Assembly: GCA_031426185.1 (NCBI GenBank) | Contig: JANPKV010000389.1 | Coordinates: forward strand, 29,393-93,392 | DNA: 64,000 bases | Direction of reading: 5' to 3' | DNA from: Rhodobacterales bacterium | GTDB lineage: Bacteria > Pseudomonadota > Alphaproteobacteria > Rhodobacterales > Rhodobacteraceae | Program-made: the position numbers and the translations under genes | Part shown: positions 8,327 through 18,306 of the stretch, piece by piece | How positions within the stretch are numbered: the stretch's first letter is position 1 | How the letters are laid out: each line of letters opens with the position of its first letter | Notes under the pieces: generated by a model | The model's database searches: none | Seen by the model: only the letters and a program-made list of their open reading frames with translations | Told to the model about the DNA's origin: nothing

Positions 8327-11013
8327 TGACCGAAATTAGCCGCGTTGCATTGTTCGGAAAACTGAACCGCCTTGGCTATCAGGCCGTCGAGGGGGCGGCG
8401 GTGTTCTGCAAGATGCGAGGCAACCCCTATGTCGAGGTCGTCCACTGGTTTGCCCAGCTTTTGCAGCTTCAGGACAACGACATCCTTCGGGTGATCAGCC
8501 ATTACAAGCTCGACAGCGGCAAGATCGCCGCCGACATGCAGAAGGCCCTGGACGCTCTGCCGCGCGGGGCCACCACGATCAGCGACCTGTCGCCCCATCT
8601 CGAGGATGTGGTCGAACGCGCCTGGGTCTATGGGTCGCTGCTTTATTCCTCCAACCAGGTGCGGACGGGCCACCTGATCCTGGGAATGTTGAAAACCAAG
8701 TCGTTGAAGAACATTCTTCTGGGCATATCGGCCGAATTCGGACGCGTGAATGCGGATGATCTGGCGGACAATTTCCACAAGGTCACCGACGGCTCACCCG
8801 AGGATCAGATGGGGGCACAGGACGGCTCGGTCACCGGAGGCGGTGCCGCGCCGGGCGAGACATCAGGCGCCGTGGCACCTCAACAGGGCAAGCAGCAGGC
8901 GCTCAAGCAGTTTTGCACCGACCTGACCCAACAGGCCCGTGAGGGCAAGATCGACCCCATCGTGGGTCGCGACGAAGAGATACGCCAGATTGTCGACGTG
9001 CTGATGCGTCGGCGTCAGAACAACCCGATCCTGACCGGCGAGGCGGGTGTGGGCAAGACGGCCGTCGTCGAGGGGTTTGCCCTTCGGATCGCGCGCGGTG
9101 ACGTACCACCGGCGCTGCGCGAGGCGCGTCTGCTGGCGCTGGACGTCGGTCTGCTGCAGGCGGGGGCCAGCATGAAGGGCGAGTTCGAGAGCCGCCTTCG
9201 GTCGGTGATCGACGAGGTTCAGGCCTCAACCGTGCCGGTCATCATGTTTATTGACGAGACGCATACCCTGGTCGGGGCAGGCGGGGCCGCAGGCACCGGC
9301 GACGCCGCCAACCTGCTGAAACCGGCGCTGGCGCGCGGTACGCTGCGCACGATCGGCGCCACCACCTGGGCCGAATACAAAAAGCACATCGAAAAGGATC
9401 CCGCCCTGACCCGGCGTTTCCAGGTGGTTGCGGTCGAGGAGCCGAGCATCCCGAAAGCCGTCATGATGATGCGCGGCATTGCGACGATGCTCGAAAAGCA
9501 CCACCGGGTGCAGGTGCTGGACGAGGGGTTGGAGGCCGCAGTGTCGATGTCGGCCCGCTACATACCCGCGCGCCAGTTGCCCGACAAGTCGGTGTCGGTC
9601 CTGGATACCGCCTGTGCCCGCGTGGCAATCAGCCAGCATGCGGTGCCCGCCGAAGTCGATGATGCGCGCAAGCGGATCGAGGCACTGCAGACCGAGCTGG
9701 AAATCATCGGTCGGGACGAGACCGCGGGCTTCAACGTCGACGCGCGTCGCGCGGGCGTGACCTTGATGAAGGAGGCCGAGGAACAAAGGCTGGCCGAGCT
9801 TGACGCCCGCTGGTCGGCCGAAAAGGTGATCGTGACCGAGATCCTTGATTTGCGGGCAAAGCTGCGCGAAGGCGGGGCCGCCGTGGACGACCCGGCGGCA
9901 CAAGCCGAAGCGACCGGAGTGCGGGCCGATCTGATGGAACAGCTCAAGGCGGCAAACGCCCGGCTGACCGCCGCCCAGGGGGAAAGCCCGCTGATCCTGC
10001 CGATTGTGGACGCGCAGGCGGTCGCATCGGTGATCGGCGATTGGACGGGCATCCCGGTCGGCCGGATGGTGCGCAATGAAATCGAGACCGTTCTCAATCT
10101 TGAACAACATCTGGCAAAGCGCGTGATCGGGCAGGATCACGCCATGAAGATGATCGCCAAGCGGATCCAGACCAGCCGTGCCGGTCTGGACAACCCGTCC
10201 AAGCCGATCGGGGTCTTCCTGCTCGCCGGAACGTCCGGTGTCGGCAAGACAGAGACGGCATTGGCATTGGCCGAAGCGATGTATGGCGGAGAGCAGAACG
10301 TCATCACCATCAACATGAGCGAGTACCAGGAAGCCCACACCGTCAGCAGCCTGAAAGGTGCCCCGCCCGGCTATGTCGGCTATGGCGAGGGCGGGGTGCT
10401 GACCGAGGCCGTGCGGAGAAAGCCCTATTCGGTCGTGCTGCTCGACGAGGTTGAAAAGGCCCACCCCGACGTCCACGAGGTGTTCTTTCAGGTCTTCGAC
10501 AAGGGCGTGATGGAAGATGGGGAAGGGCGGGTCATCGACTTCAAGAACACGATGATCCTGCTGACGTCCAATGCCGGATCCGACATGATTATGGATATGT
10601 GTTCGGACCCCGACCTGATGCCCGACCCCGAAGGCATCGCCAAGGCGCTGCGGGCGCCGTTGCTGAAAATCTTTCCCGCAGCACTTTTGGGTCGGTTGGT
10701 GACAATCCCTTATTATCCTCTGTCGCCGACGATGATCGGTGCCATCACGCGGCTCCAGCTTGACCGCATCAAGAAGCGAGTCTCGTCTGCGCATGGTGTG
10801 CCCTTCCGCTATTCCGATGCGGTGGTCGACACGATCGTCTCGCGCTGTCAGGAACTTGAATCTGGTGGACGCATGATCGATTCCATCGTAACAAATACAA
10901 TGCTTCCAGACATTTCCGCCGAGTTCTTGCGTCGCATGATGGAAGGCAAAAAGGTGGAGGCCGTCACCATCGACGTCGCGAACGGCGAATTTGTGTATGG
11001 ATTTGACGCCTGA
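8326..11013 (+). CDS. clpV: T6SS AAA+ ATPase ClpV (TssH)
   Basis: 895 aa. Two Walker A sites ([18 protein letters not shown]) and a ClpB-like N-domain. TGATG overlap with the tssG stop. Confidence 0.95.
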   Translation: MTEISRVALFGKLNRLGYQAVEGAAVFCKMRGNPYVEVVHWFAQLLQLQDNDILRVISHYKLDSGKIAADMQKALDALPRGATTISDLSPHLEDVVERAWVYGSLLYSSNQVRTGHLILGMLKTKSLKNILLGISAEFGRVNADDLADNFHKVTDGSPEDQMGAQDGSVTGGGAAPGETSGAVAPQQGKQQALKQFCTDLTQQAREGKIDPIVGRDEEIRQIVDVLMRRRQNNPILTGEAGVGKTAVVEGFALRIARGDVPPALREARLLALDVGLLQAGASMKGEFESRLRSVIDEVQASTVPVIMFIDETHTLVGAGGAAGTGDAANLLKPALARGTLRTIGATTWAEYKKHIEKDPALTRRFQVVAVEEPSIPKAVMMMRGIATMLEKHHRVQVLDEGLEAAVSMSARYIPARQLPDKSVSVLDTACARVAISQHAVPAEVDDARKRIEALQTELEIIGRDETAGFNVDARRAGVTLMKEAEEQRLAELDARWSAEKVIVTEILDLRAKLREGGAAVDDPAAQAEATGVRADLMEQLKAANARLTAAQGESPLILPIVDAQAVASVIGDWTGIPVGRMVRNEIETVLNLEQHLAKRVIGQDHAMKMIAKRIQTSRAGLDNPSKPIGVFLLAGTSGVGKTETALALAEAMYGGEQNVITINMSEYQEAHTVSSLKGAPPGYVGYGEGGVLTEAVRRKPYSVVLLDEVEKAHPDVHEVFFQVFDKGVMEDGEGRVIDFKNTMILLTSNAGSDMIMDMCSDPDLMPDPEGIAKALRAPLLKIFPAALLGRLVTIPYYPLSPTMIGAITRLQLDRIKKRVSSAHGVPFRYSDAVVDTIVSRCQELESGGRMIDSIVTNTMLPDISAEFLRRMMEGKKVEAVTIDVANGEFVYGFDA

Positions 11014-11055
11014 CCGCAGCTGGTCGGGACATTGGGTCAAGAGGGAGCCGACATC

Positions 11056-13134
11056 ATGGCAGAACCGCAGACGCCTGGTAGCTCGGCCTCGGGCAGCGCC
11101 TTCAAAGACATGCAGGTCAAATGCGCGATCATCGAGGAAGGGCTGAGCGAGCTATCCTGTGCCCGCGTCGAATTGCTGTCAAAGGACCGGGCCGTCGCGC
11201 TGAACACTCTGGTGGGCGAACAGCTTGAGGTGACGGTTCCGGGCGGTCACAACTTGGGCCGTCGTTTCATCGGAACCTGCGTTTCGGCCGAATACCTCGG
11301 ACGCTTTCGCGACTGGGGCCGATACCTGGTCGAGGTGCGCCCGAAGCTGTGGTTTCTGACCCAGGCGCGCGAATGTCGCGTCTTTCAGGACAAATCGGTG
11401 CCCGAGATCGTCAAGGACATCTTCGGTGATTACGGGTTTTCGGATTTCTTCACCACAAAACTGTCGGGAAGCTACGTCCAGCGGCCCTTCTGTCTGCAAT
11501 ACCGCGAAACCGATCTCGACTTCATCAGGCGTCTGATGGAGGAGGAAGGCATCTACTTCTTCTTCCAGCACATCGACAAAGGAGAAAGCTTTGTATTGGC
11601 GGATGACGCCTCGGCGCATGAGCCGATAAAGGGCGATGCCATTCTTGAATTCTTCGACGCGGCCGACTCTTTTGACCGCAGCCGGGAGCATCTTTTCGAA
11701 ATCGTCGCAAAGGAAGGCGTCACGACGGGCAAGGTCACCCTGTCGGACTACAACTTTGAAACATCGTCAGTGAAGCTCGCTGGCACGCGGGAGATGAAGA
11801 AGGGCAAACATAAAAAGACGGGAATCGAAATCTATGATTACCCGGGACACTTCCACGATGAGCCCCTGGGCCGGGAGCGCGCGCGTGTCCGGATGGAAGC
11901 CGAAGCGATAAAGCATGTAACCTGGCAGGCTGTCGGCAACATAAGACGTCTCGGGGTGGGGCAAACGTTCCAGATCAAGAACCATCCCCAGACGCAGGGC
12001 GAAAGCGGGTTCCTGTGCACGCGTGCTACCTATTACCTGCAAAACAACCCCGATGGGACCTCGGCGGGTGAGACGCCGAGCGTCATAGGCAAGGGGCTCG
12101 ATTTCGGTCCCGACAACACGGACACCTTCCGCGCCGTGTATGAGATCGTGCCGAAATCCAGCCCGTACCGCGCCCCTCTGCAGACCCCGTGGCCAGAAGT
12201 GGGCGGAATTCACACCGCTGTGGTGGTGGGATCGAAGGGCGAAGAAATCGATACGGACGAATATGGCCGTGTGAAGATCAAGTTCCACTGGGACCGGCGC
12301 GCGGCCAAGGACAATACCGTCAGCGTCTGGGTGCGCACGATGATGCCGTGGACCGGCAAGAACTGGGGCATGATCCATGTGCCCCGCGTCGGCCAGGAGG
12401 TGGTGGTGCAGTTCGAGGAAGGCGACCCGGACCGTCCGATCATCATCGGGATGCTCTATAACGACCAGACGAAGCCGCCCTACGCGCTGCCTGCCAACAA
12501 GACGCAGTCCGGCATCAAGACCAACTCCTCCAAAGATGGCGGTGGCTTCAACGAATTGATGATGGAGGACAACAAGGGCAAGGAACTCGTCCGGTTCAGA
12601 TCAGAACGGGATTACGAGCAGATCGTGCAGAACAATGCCACGATCACCGTCGGTACCCCGACCAAGGAAAAGGGCGACATGACGCTGACCGTGCATCGCA
12701 ACCTGACCGAGACCCTGGAGACCGGCGATCACACCTTTGATGTGAAGACCGGCAGTCAGGTGATCACCATCGAGACCGACAAGACCGAAACCATCAAAGG
12801 CAAATCGACCCAGACAATCACCGGCGACATGGTCGAGACGATCAAGTCTGGCAATTTTACCCGCACGGTCGAAAAGGGCCATGAAAAGACAACCTTGAAG
12901 GTGGGTAATCATACCCTGAAGGCCGACGCTGGGCAGATCACGATCGAAGCACAGCAGTCGATCACCTTGAAAGTCGGGCAAAGCTCCATCGTGATTGATC
13001 AGATGGGGGTCCAGATCAAAGCCATGACGATCGGCATCAACGCAGAGCTGAAACTCGATGCCAAGAGCATGATGACCACTGTGAAGGGCGATGCGATGGT
13101 GACCATCAAGGGCGGCCTCACGATGATCAACTAG
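11056..13134 (+). CDS. vgrG: T6SS spike protein VgrG (TssI), non-evolved (no C-terminal toxin domain)
   Basis: ATG at 11056 is preceded by GAGGGAG. gp27/gp5-like blocks are present (VKIKFHWDR, GMIHVPRVGQEVVVQFEEGDPDRPIIIGMLYN). The C-terminus is a beta-helix repeat ending right after the repeats. Confidence 0.93.
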   Translation: MAEPQTPGSSASGSAFKDMQVKCAIIEEGLSELSCARVELLSKDRAVALNTLVGEQLEVTVPGGHNLGRRFIGTCVSAEYLGRFRDWGRYLVEVRPKLWFLTQARECRVFQDKSVPEIVKDIFGDYGFSDFFTTKLSGSYVQRPFCLQYRETDLDFIRRLMEEEGIYFFFQHIDKGESFVLADDASAHEPIKGDAILEFFDAADSFDRSREHLFEIVAKEGVTTGKVTLSDYNFETSSVKLAGTREMKKGKHKKTGIEIYDYPGHFHDEPLGRERARVRMEAEAIKHVTWQAVGNIRRLGVGQTFQIKNHPQTQGESGFLCTRATYYLQNNPDGTSAGETPSVIGKGLDFGPDNTDTFRAVYEIVPKSSPYRAPLQTPWPEVGGIHTAVVVGSKGEEIDTDEYGRVKIKFHWDRRAAKDNTVSVWVRTMMPWTGKNWGMIHVPRVGQEVVVQFEEGDPDRPIIIGMLYNDQTKPPYALPANKTQSGIKTNSSKDGGGFNELMMEDNKGKELVRFRSERDYEQIVQNNATITVGTPTKEKGDMTLTVHRNLTETLETGDHTFDVKTGSQVITIETDKTETIKGKSTQTITGDMVETIKSGNFTRTVEKGHEKTTLKVGNHTLKADAGQITIEAQQSITLKVGQSSIVIDQMGVQIKAMTIGINAELKLDAKSMMTTVKGDAMVTIKGGLTMIN

Positions 13135-13146
13135 GATGGGACGGTG

Positions 13147-13749
13147 ATGTCGGAACGATTTGCCGATCTGAAGAAGATCCCGAAGCAGCCCGCCGCGCGT
13201 CTGCTCGCGCTTGGCAATGCGCGGCTGCAGTCGCGGCTGAAATCGCCCGCCAGCGCCAGTGTTGCGGATGTCCTGATCGAACTGGAGGCAGCGGATGCGC
13301 TGGTGGACATGCTGCGGCTGCTGTCGGTGGCGCTTCCCGGACGCGAGCGGGCCTGGTGGGCCTGCCTTGCCGCGCGCGATCTGCTGGGCCCGTCGCCCGA
13401 GAAGGTCCCCGCGACGCTGATCGCTGCCGAAAACTGGGTGCGCCAGCCCGGCGATCCGACGCGCGTCGCCCTGCGGGCCGCGCTGGATGCGGTCGAAAGC
13501 GACGACGACGTATCGCTTTGCGCGACATCGGCGATATTTGCGGATGGGACGCTGGGGCCCGGAGAGATGTCGCATCACGCGGCCCCGCCCGGTGCTGCCG
13601 AGACCGCGGCCTTTGGCATGAACGTCATGGCCATGGGCGTGAACAGCCGCGATTTCAGCGCCGAGGCGAACCGACTGATCGACCGCGCGCTGGACATTGC
13701 CCGGGGCGGCAATGGCAGGACCGCCGCCAGCAAAGGTGACCTCTCATGA
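13147..13749 (+). CDS. Hypothetical protein between vgrG and the PAAR gene (family not recognised)
   Basis: ~200 aa, Ala/Leu-rich and probably helical. No signal peptide or TM segment. Its stop overlaps the PAAR start (ATGA at 13746-13749), and codon bias resembles its neighbours. Confidence 0.7.
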   Translation: MSERFADLKKIPKQPAARLLALGNARLQSRLKSPASASVADVLIELEAADALVDMLRLLSVALPGRERAWWACLAARDLLGPSPEKVPATLIAAENWVRQPGDPTRVALRAALDAVESDDDVSLCATSAIFADGTLGPGEMSHHAAPPGAAETAAFGMNVMAMGVNSRDFSAEANRLIDRALDIARGGNGRTAASKGDLS

Positions 13750-14057
13750 GCTTTCCCCAGGCCCGCATGTCCGATCTGCACGTCTGCATGCCGCCCATGC
13801 TGCCCGCACCCACGCCGATCCTGCCGCCCTGCGCCGTGACGGTGATGGTGAACAACCTGTTCGCCGCACGGATGGGTGACATGGCACCGGGCGTTCCGAT
13901 GCCGCCCGCCCTTCCGGTCCCGGTTCCCCATCCGTTCATCAAGGGATCGGCGACGGTGTTGATCATGAATCAGCCCGCACTGCGCGCCATTGTCGACCCG
14001 TGTTCGTGCGGCGGCATGGTGGTGCTCGCGTCGTTCAACGTCTTGACCGGGGGCTGA
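13746..14057 (+). CDS. PAAR-domain spike-tip protein (minimal, no extension)
   Basis: 103 aa. Three PAAR-like repeats are visible: QARMSDLHVC, NNLFAARMGDM, NQPALRAIVDPCSCGG. Confidence 0.8.
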   Translation: MSFPQARMSDLHVCMPPMLPAPTPILPPCAVTVMVNNLFAARMGDMAPGVPMPPALPVPVPHPFIKGSATVLIMNQPALRAIVDPCSCGGMVVLASFNVLTGG

Positions 14058-14063
14058 CGCGGC

Positions 14064-15566
14064 ATGCCGGTGACGTTGCGGTTTCAGTCGACCGGTGTGG
14101 TGCCGGGCAACGCGCAGCCCGTCGTGATGCGCGGCGGGTCGTTGACGATCGGACGTGGCGAAGAGAATGACCTGCACCTGCCGGATCCTGACAAGCTGCT
14201 GTCCAAGCGCCACTGTGTCATCGAGGAACAAGACGACCATGTATCGGTGATCGACCTGTCGACCAACGGGACCTTCCTCAATTACAGCAAGTCGGCGCTC
14301 GGCCCCATTCCCTCGCCGCTGCACGATGGTGACATCCTGACGATGGGCCCCTACGAATTGCTCGTGGAGGTGACGGCGGCCCGTGCGCCAGCCGGAATCC
14401 CCGCTCCGCTGGAGGAAGGGCCCGCGTCGCATGGTCGTGCGGCCGGGGGAATGCTGGGGCTCGACCTGCTGGATGATCCCTCGCACGGGGGCGGCGTGGA
14501 TTTTCTGGACGACCTTCTGGGGGGCGGCGGGCCGAAAGGTCCACCAAGCCTGCAGCGCCCGCAATTGGGCGATGATGGGCTTCTGCCGCCGCTCGGGGTC
14601 GACGACCTGATGGCCCCGTCTGCGGAGACCGGTCCGCCGCAGGGGGCAAGCAGACCCGCCCATTCCCCGTCCGTGCAGGACCACTTCGCCCCGCCCGCCC
14701 GCGTGACCACGGCGATACCCGACGACTGGGATGATCTGCTGGACCCGTTGGCAAATCCTGGCGCGTCAGATCCTTTTGCCGCAGCGCCGCAGGACCTGCC
14801 TTCTGCGGGTGCGGGCAACCCTGTCCACATTCCGGATGATTTTCCGTCGCAGGGGCCAGGCGCTGCCGCAGTCCCCTTTGATCCGCCGCAGCAGTCTCCG
14901 TTCACGACGGTGCCGCCGGTCCAACCCGCCGTCGCGCCGCTTGACATGGTGACACGCCCGACCGCGGCCTCGGTGCCCGTGCCCGACGATGCCGCTGCGC
15001 GGGCGTTTCTCGCGGCGCTTGGCGCGCCGCAGATGGCCATTCCCGCAGAAGACCTGCGGCCGACCCTGTCGCGTCTGGGACAGGTTCTGCGCATCATGGT
15101 TCAGGGCCTTCGCGAAGTGCTGATGACCCGCACTTCGATCAAATCCGAATTCCGCATGCAGCAGACCATGATCACGTCAGGCGGCAACAATCCTCTGAAA
15201 TTCTCGATCAGCCTCGAGCAGGCAATCGAGGCCTTGGTCAAGCCCACCACGCAAGGGTATCTCGACCCGGTCGCGGCGGCCGAGCAGGCGCTGCGTGACA
15301 TCAAGGCCCACGAGGTCGCGATGATGACGGGCATGGAGGCCGCGCTGAAGGGTCTGCTGAAGCGTCTTGATCCGCAGCAGCTGGAAGGAAAACTCGAGAC
15401 AAGCAGCGGGTTTGGTTCTATCCTCAGAGGCAAGGAGGCCCGGTATTGGGACGCTTACCTCAAGATGTACGCAGAAATTTCCGATCAGGCCGAAAACGAT
15501 TTTCACGAGCTGTTCAGCCGAGAGTTCGCCCGCGCCTATCAGGACCAGCTTGACCGACTGAAGTGA
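14064..15566 (+). CDS. fha: T6SS FHA-domain protein Fha/TagH (ImpI)
   Basis: 500 aa. N-terminal FHA domain (GSLTIGRGEENDLHLPD...SKRHCVI...DLSTNGTFLN), a long Pro-rich linker, and a TagH-type C-terminal domain. Confidence 0.9.
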   Translation: MPVTLRFQSTGVVPGNAQPVVMRGGSLTIGRGEENDLHLPDPDKLLSKRHCVIEEQDDHVSVIDLSTNGTFLNYSKSALGPIPSPLHDGDILTMGPYELLVEVTAARAPAGIPAPLEEGPASHGRAAGGMLGLDLLDDPSHGGGVDFLDDLLGGGGPKGPPSLQRPQLGDDGLLPPLGVDDLMAPSAETGPPQGASRPAHSPSVQDHFAPPARVTTAIPDDWDDLLDPLANPGASDPFAAAPQDLPSAGAGNPVHIPDDFPSQGPGAAAVPFDPPQQSPFTTVPPVQPAVAPLDMVTRPTAASVPVPDDAAARAFLAALGAPQMAIPAEDLRPTLSRLGQVLRIMVQGLREVLMTRTSIKSEFRMQQTMITSGGNNPLKFSISLEQAIEALVKPTTQGYLDPVAAAEQALRDIKAHEVAMMTGMEAALKGLLKRLDPQQLEGKLETSSGFGSILRGKEARYWDAYLKMYAEISDQAENDFHELFSREFARAYQDQLDRLK

Positions 15567-15588
15567 TTTATCTGGAAGGATTCTGAGG

Positions 15589-16929
15589 ATGGCCTGGGAC
15601 AGCAAGGTGCTCTGGAGCGAGGGGATGTTCCTTCAGCCTCAGCATTTTCAGCAGGCCGACCGGCACGCCGAAGCGATGCTCAGCGGCGTGGCCCGGCGCA
15701 TCCTGCCTTATGCCTGGGGCGTCAGCGATCTGGACATCGACGCGGATGTCCTCAAGATCGGGCAGTTCGCGCTGAAATCGACCTCGGGTCTGTTTCAGGA
15801 TGGCACGGTCTTTCGCGTGCCCGAAGCCGAAGATCATCCGGCGGCGCTGGAGGTGCCTCCCGGCACAAAGGACTGCGTCGTCTATCTGTCGATCCCGCAG
15901 CGGCGGCAGGGCGCCCTGGACGTCGACATGTCGGGGGCGGCAAATTCGGCGGCCAGGATGCGTCCGTCCGAAATCGAGGTGACGGACACGGTCGGCACGG
16001 GGCGCAGGCCGGTGACGCTTGCCGTGGGCAAGCTGCGCCTGCATTTCGCGTTGCAGGTCGATGATCTGGCCGACCGTCTAGTCATCCCGATTGCGCGGAT
16101 TGTCGAAGTGCGTCCCGACCTGGAGGTCGTGCTGGATAGAGCGTTCATCCCGTCGTGCCTCGACATCCGCGCGGCGCCGCCTCTGGTGGGGCTCTTGGTC
16201 GAACTGGAGGGCCTGCTGGCCCATCGGATGACCGCGCTGGCCGGGCGGATGACCGCAGGTGCATCGGCGCGCGGCGCGGCCGAGATCCAGGACTTTCTGC
16301 TGTTGATGGCGATCAACCGCATGCTGCCCGTGGTGCGCCACCTGTCGATGCTCGAAAACCTGCACCCCGCGCAACTTTACCGGGATTGTGTGGCCATGGC
16401 CGGTGAGTTGGCCACCTTCATGGCGCCCGACAAGCAGGTGCCCCAGTTACCGCCCTATCGGCATCAGGATCTTTCGACCACATTTGTGCCGCCGATCCGT
16501 ATCCTGCGCCGGTATCTGTCGGCGGTGCTGGAACAGACCGCAGTGGCGATCCCGCTGGAGGCGCGCAAGTACGGCATATCGGTGGGAGTGATTGCCGACC
16601 GCAAGTTGATTGGCAATGCAGGCTTTGTGCTGGCCGTCAGCGCCGATGTTCCGACCGAGAACCTGCGGCGGCATTTCGCGGGACAGGCCAAACTCGCCCC
16701 TGTCGAAGAGATACGGCAACTGGTGAACTCGGCACTGCCTGGCATCGCCCTGAACCCATTGCCCGTCGCCCCCCGCCAGATCCCCTACATGGCGAATGTG
16801 GTCTATTTCGAGGTCGCCTCCGACAGTCCGTATTGGTCCGGCATGACCACATCCGGCGGCATCGCCGTGCATGTATCGGGTGAATATCCCGGGTTGAAGA
16901 TGGAGCTTTGGGCGATCCGGCAGGGATAG
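15589..16929 (+). CDS. tssK: T6SS baseplate protein TssK (ImpJ)
   Basis: 446 aa. VLWSEGMFLQPQHFQQADRH is the hallmark TssK N-terminus. Confidence 0.95.
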   Translation: MAWDSKVLWSEGMFLQPQHFQQADRHAEAMLSGVARRILPYAWGVSDLDIDADVLKIGQFALKSTSGLFQDGTVFRVPEAEDHPAALEVPPGTKDCVVYLSIPQRRQGALDVDMSGAANSAARMRPSEIEVTDTVGTGRRPVTLAVGKLRLHFALQVDDLADRLVIPIARIVEVRPDLEVVLDRAFIPSCLDIRAAPPLVGLLVELEGLLAHRMTALAGRMTAGASARGAAEIQDFLLLMAINRMLPVVRHLSMLENLHPAQLYRDCVAMAGELATFMAPDKQVPQLPPYRHQDLSTTFVPPIRILRRYLSAVLEQTAVAIPLEARKYGISVGVIADRKLIGNAGFVLAVSADVPTENLRRHFAGQAKLAPVEEIRQLVNSALPGIALNPLPVAPRQIPYMANVVYFEVASDSPYWSGMTTSGGIAVHVSGEYPGLKMELWAIRQG

Positions 16930-16938
16930 GAGACATAG

Positions 16939-18306
16939 ATGCCCGATGAAGACCCCTTTGCCGAGCAGGACGACACCGAAAAGACGGTGATCCGGCCCAA
17001 CCCGGCCGGCCGCAGGGCCGGGGTTGCGGCCCCTGCACCCCGCAGCACCGCCCCGGCCTCTGAGCCAGTAGCGGCCCCGGCCGCCAAACGCAGCGTCGAG
17101 CCGTCGATCGAGGCCGGGTTGACGGGGATGAACCCCTTGAACGCGGCGGCGGCAACGCTGTTTTCGCTGGTCAGCCGCATTCGCAACCGCGCACAGCATC
17201 TGGACCCCGAGGCGCTCCGCCGTTCGGTTGTCGCCGAAGTGCGGGGGTTCGAGGCGCGCGCCTTGCAGGCGGGCATCGATCCCCAAGCCGTCAAGGTTGC
17301 CCGCTATGGCATCTGCGCGACGCTGGACGATGTCGTGCTGAACACGCCCTGGGGCGGCACCTCGGTCTGGGCCCAGCAAAGCATGGTCGGAACCTTCCAC
17401 CGCGAAACGGTCGGTGGCGACCGGTTCTATGATCTTCTCGCGCGGCTGGAGCAGGACCCCGGTCGCAACATCGACCTGCTGGAATTTCTTTACATGTGCC
17501 TCTCGCTTGGTTTCGAGGGGCGTCTGCGCGTGGAACAGGGGGGTGCCGACAAGCATCTGAACGTCCGTGCCGGCCTTGCGCGGATCATCCGGGCCCAACG
17601 CGGCGAGGTGGAACAGTCCTTGTCTCCACATTGGCCGGGCGTGCAAAAGCCGCATCGCGCCCTGTCGGCGTGGAAGCCGTTCTGGATCGCGGTCGGGGCG
17701 GTTGCCGCACTTTTAGGCACGGGCTTTGTCGGGCTCAGCTGGGCGCTGTCAAACCAGACCGAGCGTCTGTTGGGCCAGATCAGCGCGCTGGACCCCGGCG
17801 GCGTGGCCACCCTGGAACGTCGCGCGCCGCCCGTTGTGCCGAAACCGACCGTGGATGACGAGGCGCAGCTGAAGCGCGTTTCCGGGTTCCTTGAAAAAGA
17901 GATTGAAGAGAAACTGGTGACGGTGTTTCAGGATGCCAACACGATCACGATCCGGCTGGCCGGGTCGGGCATGTTCGGGTCGGGGTCCGACAGTCTGAAA
18001 GAGGAGTTCCAGGTGCCGCTGCAACGCGTGGCGGCGGCGCTGAAAGAAACCACGGGGCCCATCATCGTGGTCGGCCATTCCGACAACCAGCCGATCAAGA
18101 CAGCCAGATTTCCGTCGAATATGCACCTGTCGTTGGCCCGGGCCGAAGCGGTCACGCGAACGCTGGCAGAGCTGGTGGAGGACAAGTCGCGGCTGTCTGC
18201 CGAAGGTCAGGCAGACAAGCATCCGATCGTAAGCAATGACACTGCCGAAGGGCGCGCCCAAAACCGGCGCATCGAGATCGTGCTGGTGCGGGAAAGGGCC
18301 CAATGA
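16939..18306 (+). CDS. tssL: T6SS membrane-complex protein TssL (DotU) fused to a C-terminal OmpA/MotB peptidoglycan-binding domain
   Basis: 455 aa. DotU core (ICATLDDVVLNTPWG, YMCLSLGFEGR), one TM segment, then an OmpA-like end (VVGHSDNQP...LSLARAEAV...NRRIEIVL). Confidence 0.92.
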   Translation: MPDEDPFAEQDDTEKTVIRPNPAGRRAGVAAPAPRSTAPASEPVAAPAAKRSVEPSIEAGLTGMNPLNAAAATLFSLVSRIRNRAQHLDPEALRRSVVAEVRGFEARALQAGIDPQAVKVARYGICATLDDVVLNTPWGGTSVWAQQSMVGTFHRETVGGDRFYDLLARLEQDPGRNIDLLEFLYMCLSLGFEGRLRVEQGGADKHLNVRAGLARIIRAQRGEVEQSLSPHWPGVQKPHRALSAWKPFWIAVGAVAALLGTGFVGLSWALSNQTERLLGQISALDPGGVATLERRAPPVVPKPTVDDEAQLKRVSGFLEKEIEEKLVTVFQDANTITIRLAGSGMFGSGSDSLKEEFQVPLQRVAAALKETTGPIIVVGHSDNQPIKTARFPSNMHLSLARAEAVTRTLAELVEDKSRLSAEGQADKHPIVSNDTAEGRAQNRRIEIVLVRERAQ

